Assembly (NCBI RefSeq): GCF_001194135.2
Contig: NC_068982.1
Coordinates: forward strand, 85,130,098-85,171,055
Source of the DNA: Octopus bimaculoides
Lineage: Eukaryota
Reading direction: 5' to 3'
DNA: 40,958 bases
Shown here: positions 38,771 through 40,958 of the stretch, piece by piece
Layout of the letters: every line of letters begins with the position of its first letter
Numbering within the stretch: the first letter of the stretch is position 1
Notes under the pieces: generated by a model
What the model was told of the DNA's origin: nothing
The model's database searches: none
Seen by the model: the letters and a program-made list of their open reading frames with translations, nothing else
Made by a program: the position numbers and the translations under genes

Positions 38771-39194
38771 GGGCATTTATATATATATTTATATTTATAT
38801 ATATACATCTATATATATTTATATTTTTATATATATTTATATTTATATATATACATTTCTATATATAAATCTATATTTATACATATACATTTATATATAT
38901 ACATTTATATATACATTTATATATATATTTATATAAATATTTATATATATATTTATATATATATATACATTTATATATATATTTATATATATATTTATAA
39001 ATATACATTTATATATATATTTATTTTTATCTATATATTTATATTTATATATATATTTTTATATATACATTTATATATATATATATATATTTACATTTAT
39101 GTATATTTATATTGACATATATATATATATTTTTATACTTATATTTATGTATATATTTATATATGTATTTATATATATACATTTATATATATAC

Positions 39195-39238
<44 letters not shown>

Positions 39239-39825
39239 NNNNNNNNNNNNNNNNNNNNNNNNNNNNNNNNNNNNNNNNNNNNNNNNNNNNNNNNNNNNNN
39301 NNNNNNNNNNNNNNNNNNNNNNNNNNNNNNNNNNNNNNNNNNNNNNNNNNNNNNNNNNNNNNNNNNNNNNNNNNNNNNNNNNNNNNNNNNNNNNNNNNNN
39401 NNNNNNNNNNNNNNNNNNNNNNNNNNNNNNNNNNNNNNNNNNNNNNNNNNNNNNNNNNNNNNNNNNNNNNNNNNNNNNNNNNNNNNNNNNNNNNNNNNNN
39501 NNNNNNNNNNNNNNNNNNNNNNNNNNNNNNNNNNNNNNNNNNNNNNNNNNNNNNNNNNNNNNNNNNNNNNNNNNNNNNNNNNNNNNNNNNNNNNNNNNNN
39601 NNNNNNNNNNNNNNNNNNNNNNNNNNNNNNNNNNNNNNNNNNNNNNNNNNNNNNNNNNNNNNNNNNNNNNNNNNNNNNNNNNNNNNNNNNNNNNNNNNNN
39701 NNNNNNNNNNNNNNNNNNNNNNNNNNNNNNNNNNNNNNNNNNNNNNNNNNNNNNNNNNNNNNNNNNNTATATATATATATATATATATATATTCATATAT
39801 ATACATTTATATATATATATATTTA

Positions 39826-40400
39826 GGTTATGAGTGATAGTGGGGTCAATTAGACCCAGAGGTTTCAGGTAATGCTGAGTAAGTGCTATGGATAGACCAC
39901 AGTTAAGCTCCCGGTTCAGTGATTATGCGAATAAGGGGTCCAATGTAGGTTGTATATCAGTGTGTGAATATAAGGATTTACTTTTCGTAATGAGATAAAA
40001 AACCAAGGCTGTGTATAATATAGAACATTAATAAGTAGAAGGTCTTACAGCTGTTTCCAGGATACATGTTATATCCCTTCATTGGTTTTCTCATCAGAGA
40101 ATGGTTAAGCAATAGTTAGTTTAGATAAGATATGAAATAGAAAGTGAATGTAGGGATATTGTATTTGTAAATCCATTGTTTAGGCAGAATGGATACATAT
40201 AGGATTCCAATACCTTGTGAGTAAAATCCAATTGCCTTTAAGATTGGTCATTGCCTTCGTAAATCCATTATTAAGATTCCAATTTCCTATGAGTAAAGTC
40301 CAACAGTCTTTGAAATTGGTCATTCCAGATACAGAGTTTATACAGTGTTATTGAATCAAGGGTTCTGTTTAAAATGACCTAAAGGCAGGGAATGTATTAA
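39826..40400 (-). mobile_element. Putative PLE-type terminal repeat
   Basis: Hammerhead-like motif at 40043-40100 and a ~72-bp-period duplication (40203 / 40275). No ORF seen. Confidence 0.4.
40043..40100 (-). ncRNA. Degenerate hammerhead-like motif with palindromic stem III
   Basis: UCU-CUGAUGA-[13-nt insert]-GGGAUA uaacaug UAUCCU-g-GAAA-C AGCU G-UA|AGA. Confidence 0.5.
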
Positions 40401-40579
40401 TAGGGTCAAATCAAAAACAGGAAGCAAGGAATAAAGAAAACAAGAGGGGAAGAAATAGAAGAAAATGAAAGGAGAAAATCATAAAAGGAATACAAAAATA
40501 GAGATAAGGGAAAGTGTACTAGAATGGTCAGTGAATATAATAAGGTATTATTATATACGTATATATTCATATACATATA

Positions 40580-40958
40580 TATACATGGCAGTGAAACATG
40601 GGCTGTGACTGCTGAGGACATGCGTAAGCTCGCAAGGAATGAAGCCAGTATGCTCCGCTGGATGTGTAATGTCAATGTGCATACCCGTCAGAGTGTAAGT
40701 ATCTTGAGAGAAAAGCTGAACATAAGAAGCATCAGTTGTAGTGTGCAAGAGAGACGATTGCGCTAGTATGGACATGTGGTGAGAATGAATGAGGATAGCT
40801 GCGTGAAAAAGTGCCACACCCTAACGGTTGGGGGAACCCGTGGAAGAGGTAGGCCCAGGAAGACCTGGGCTGAGGTGGTGAGGCAAGACCTTCGAACATT
40901 GGGCCTCACCGAGGCGATGACTACTGACCGAGACCTTTGGAAATGTGCTGTGCGTGAG
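40580..40958 (+). mobile_element. RTE LINE 3' coding fragment running off the window end
   Basis: HGSETWAVTAEDMRKLARNEASMLRWMC...QERRLR*YGH; nearly identical to 28020-28209 on the minus strand. Confidence 0.9.

Overview
AT-rich, microsatellite-laden, gapped (N-run) animal DNA. The SINE/RTE/CR1 families and the (TA)n/(CAT)n load look like an Octopus-type cephalopod draft assembly (inference). One host coding exon is supported: a 270-bp phase-0 exon on the minus strand (12107->11838) encoding a MAP3K4/MEKK4-like N-terminal segment. The rest of the window is probably large introns of that gene, filled with degraded transposons: Penelope-like elements, two non-autonomous Helitrons, CR1 and RTE LINEs, tRNA-derived SINEs, two mariners, a pogo/Tigger MITE, a hAT-like element, a Gypsy pol relic, and a Sola2-like transposon nested in an RTE LINE and itself hit by a younger RTE. 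The most notable unannotated signal is four unrelated minimal type I hammerhead-ribozyme-like motifs (68-121 -, 5878-5917 +, 34205-34269 +, 40043-40100 -); the one at 34.2 kb is nearly canonical. Nearly all ORFs in the supplied track are microsatellite, gap or TE artefacts. Protein and family names come from my recognition of motifs, not from database searches.
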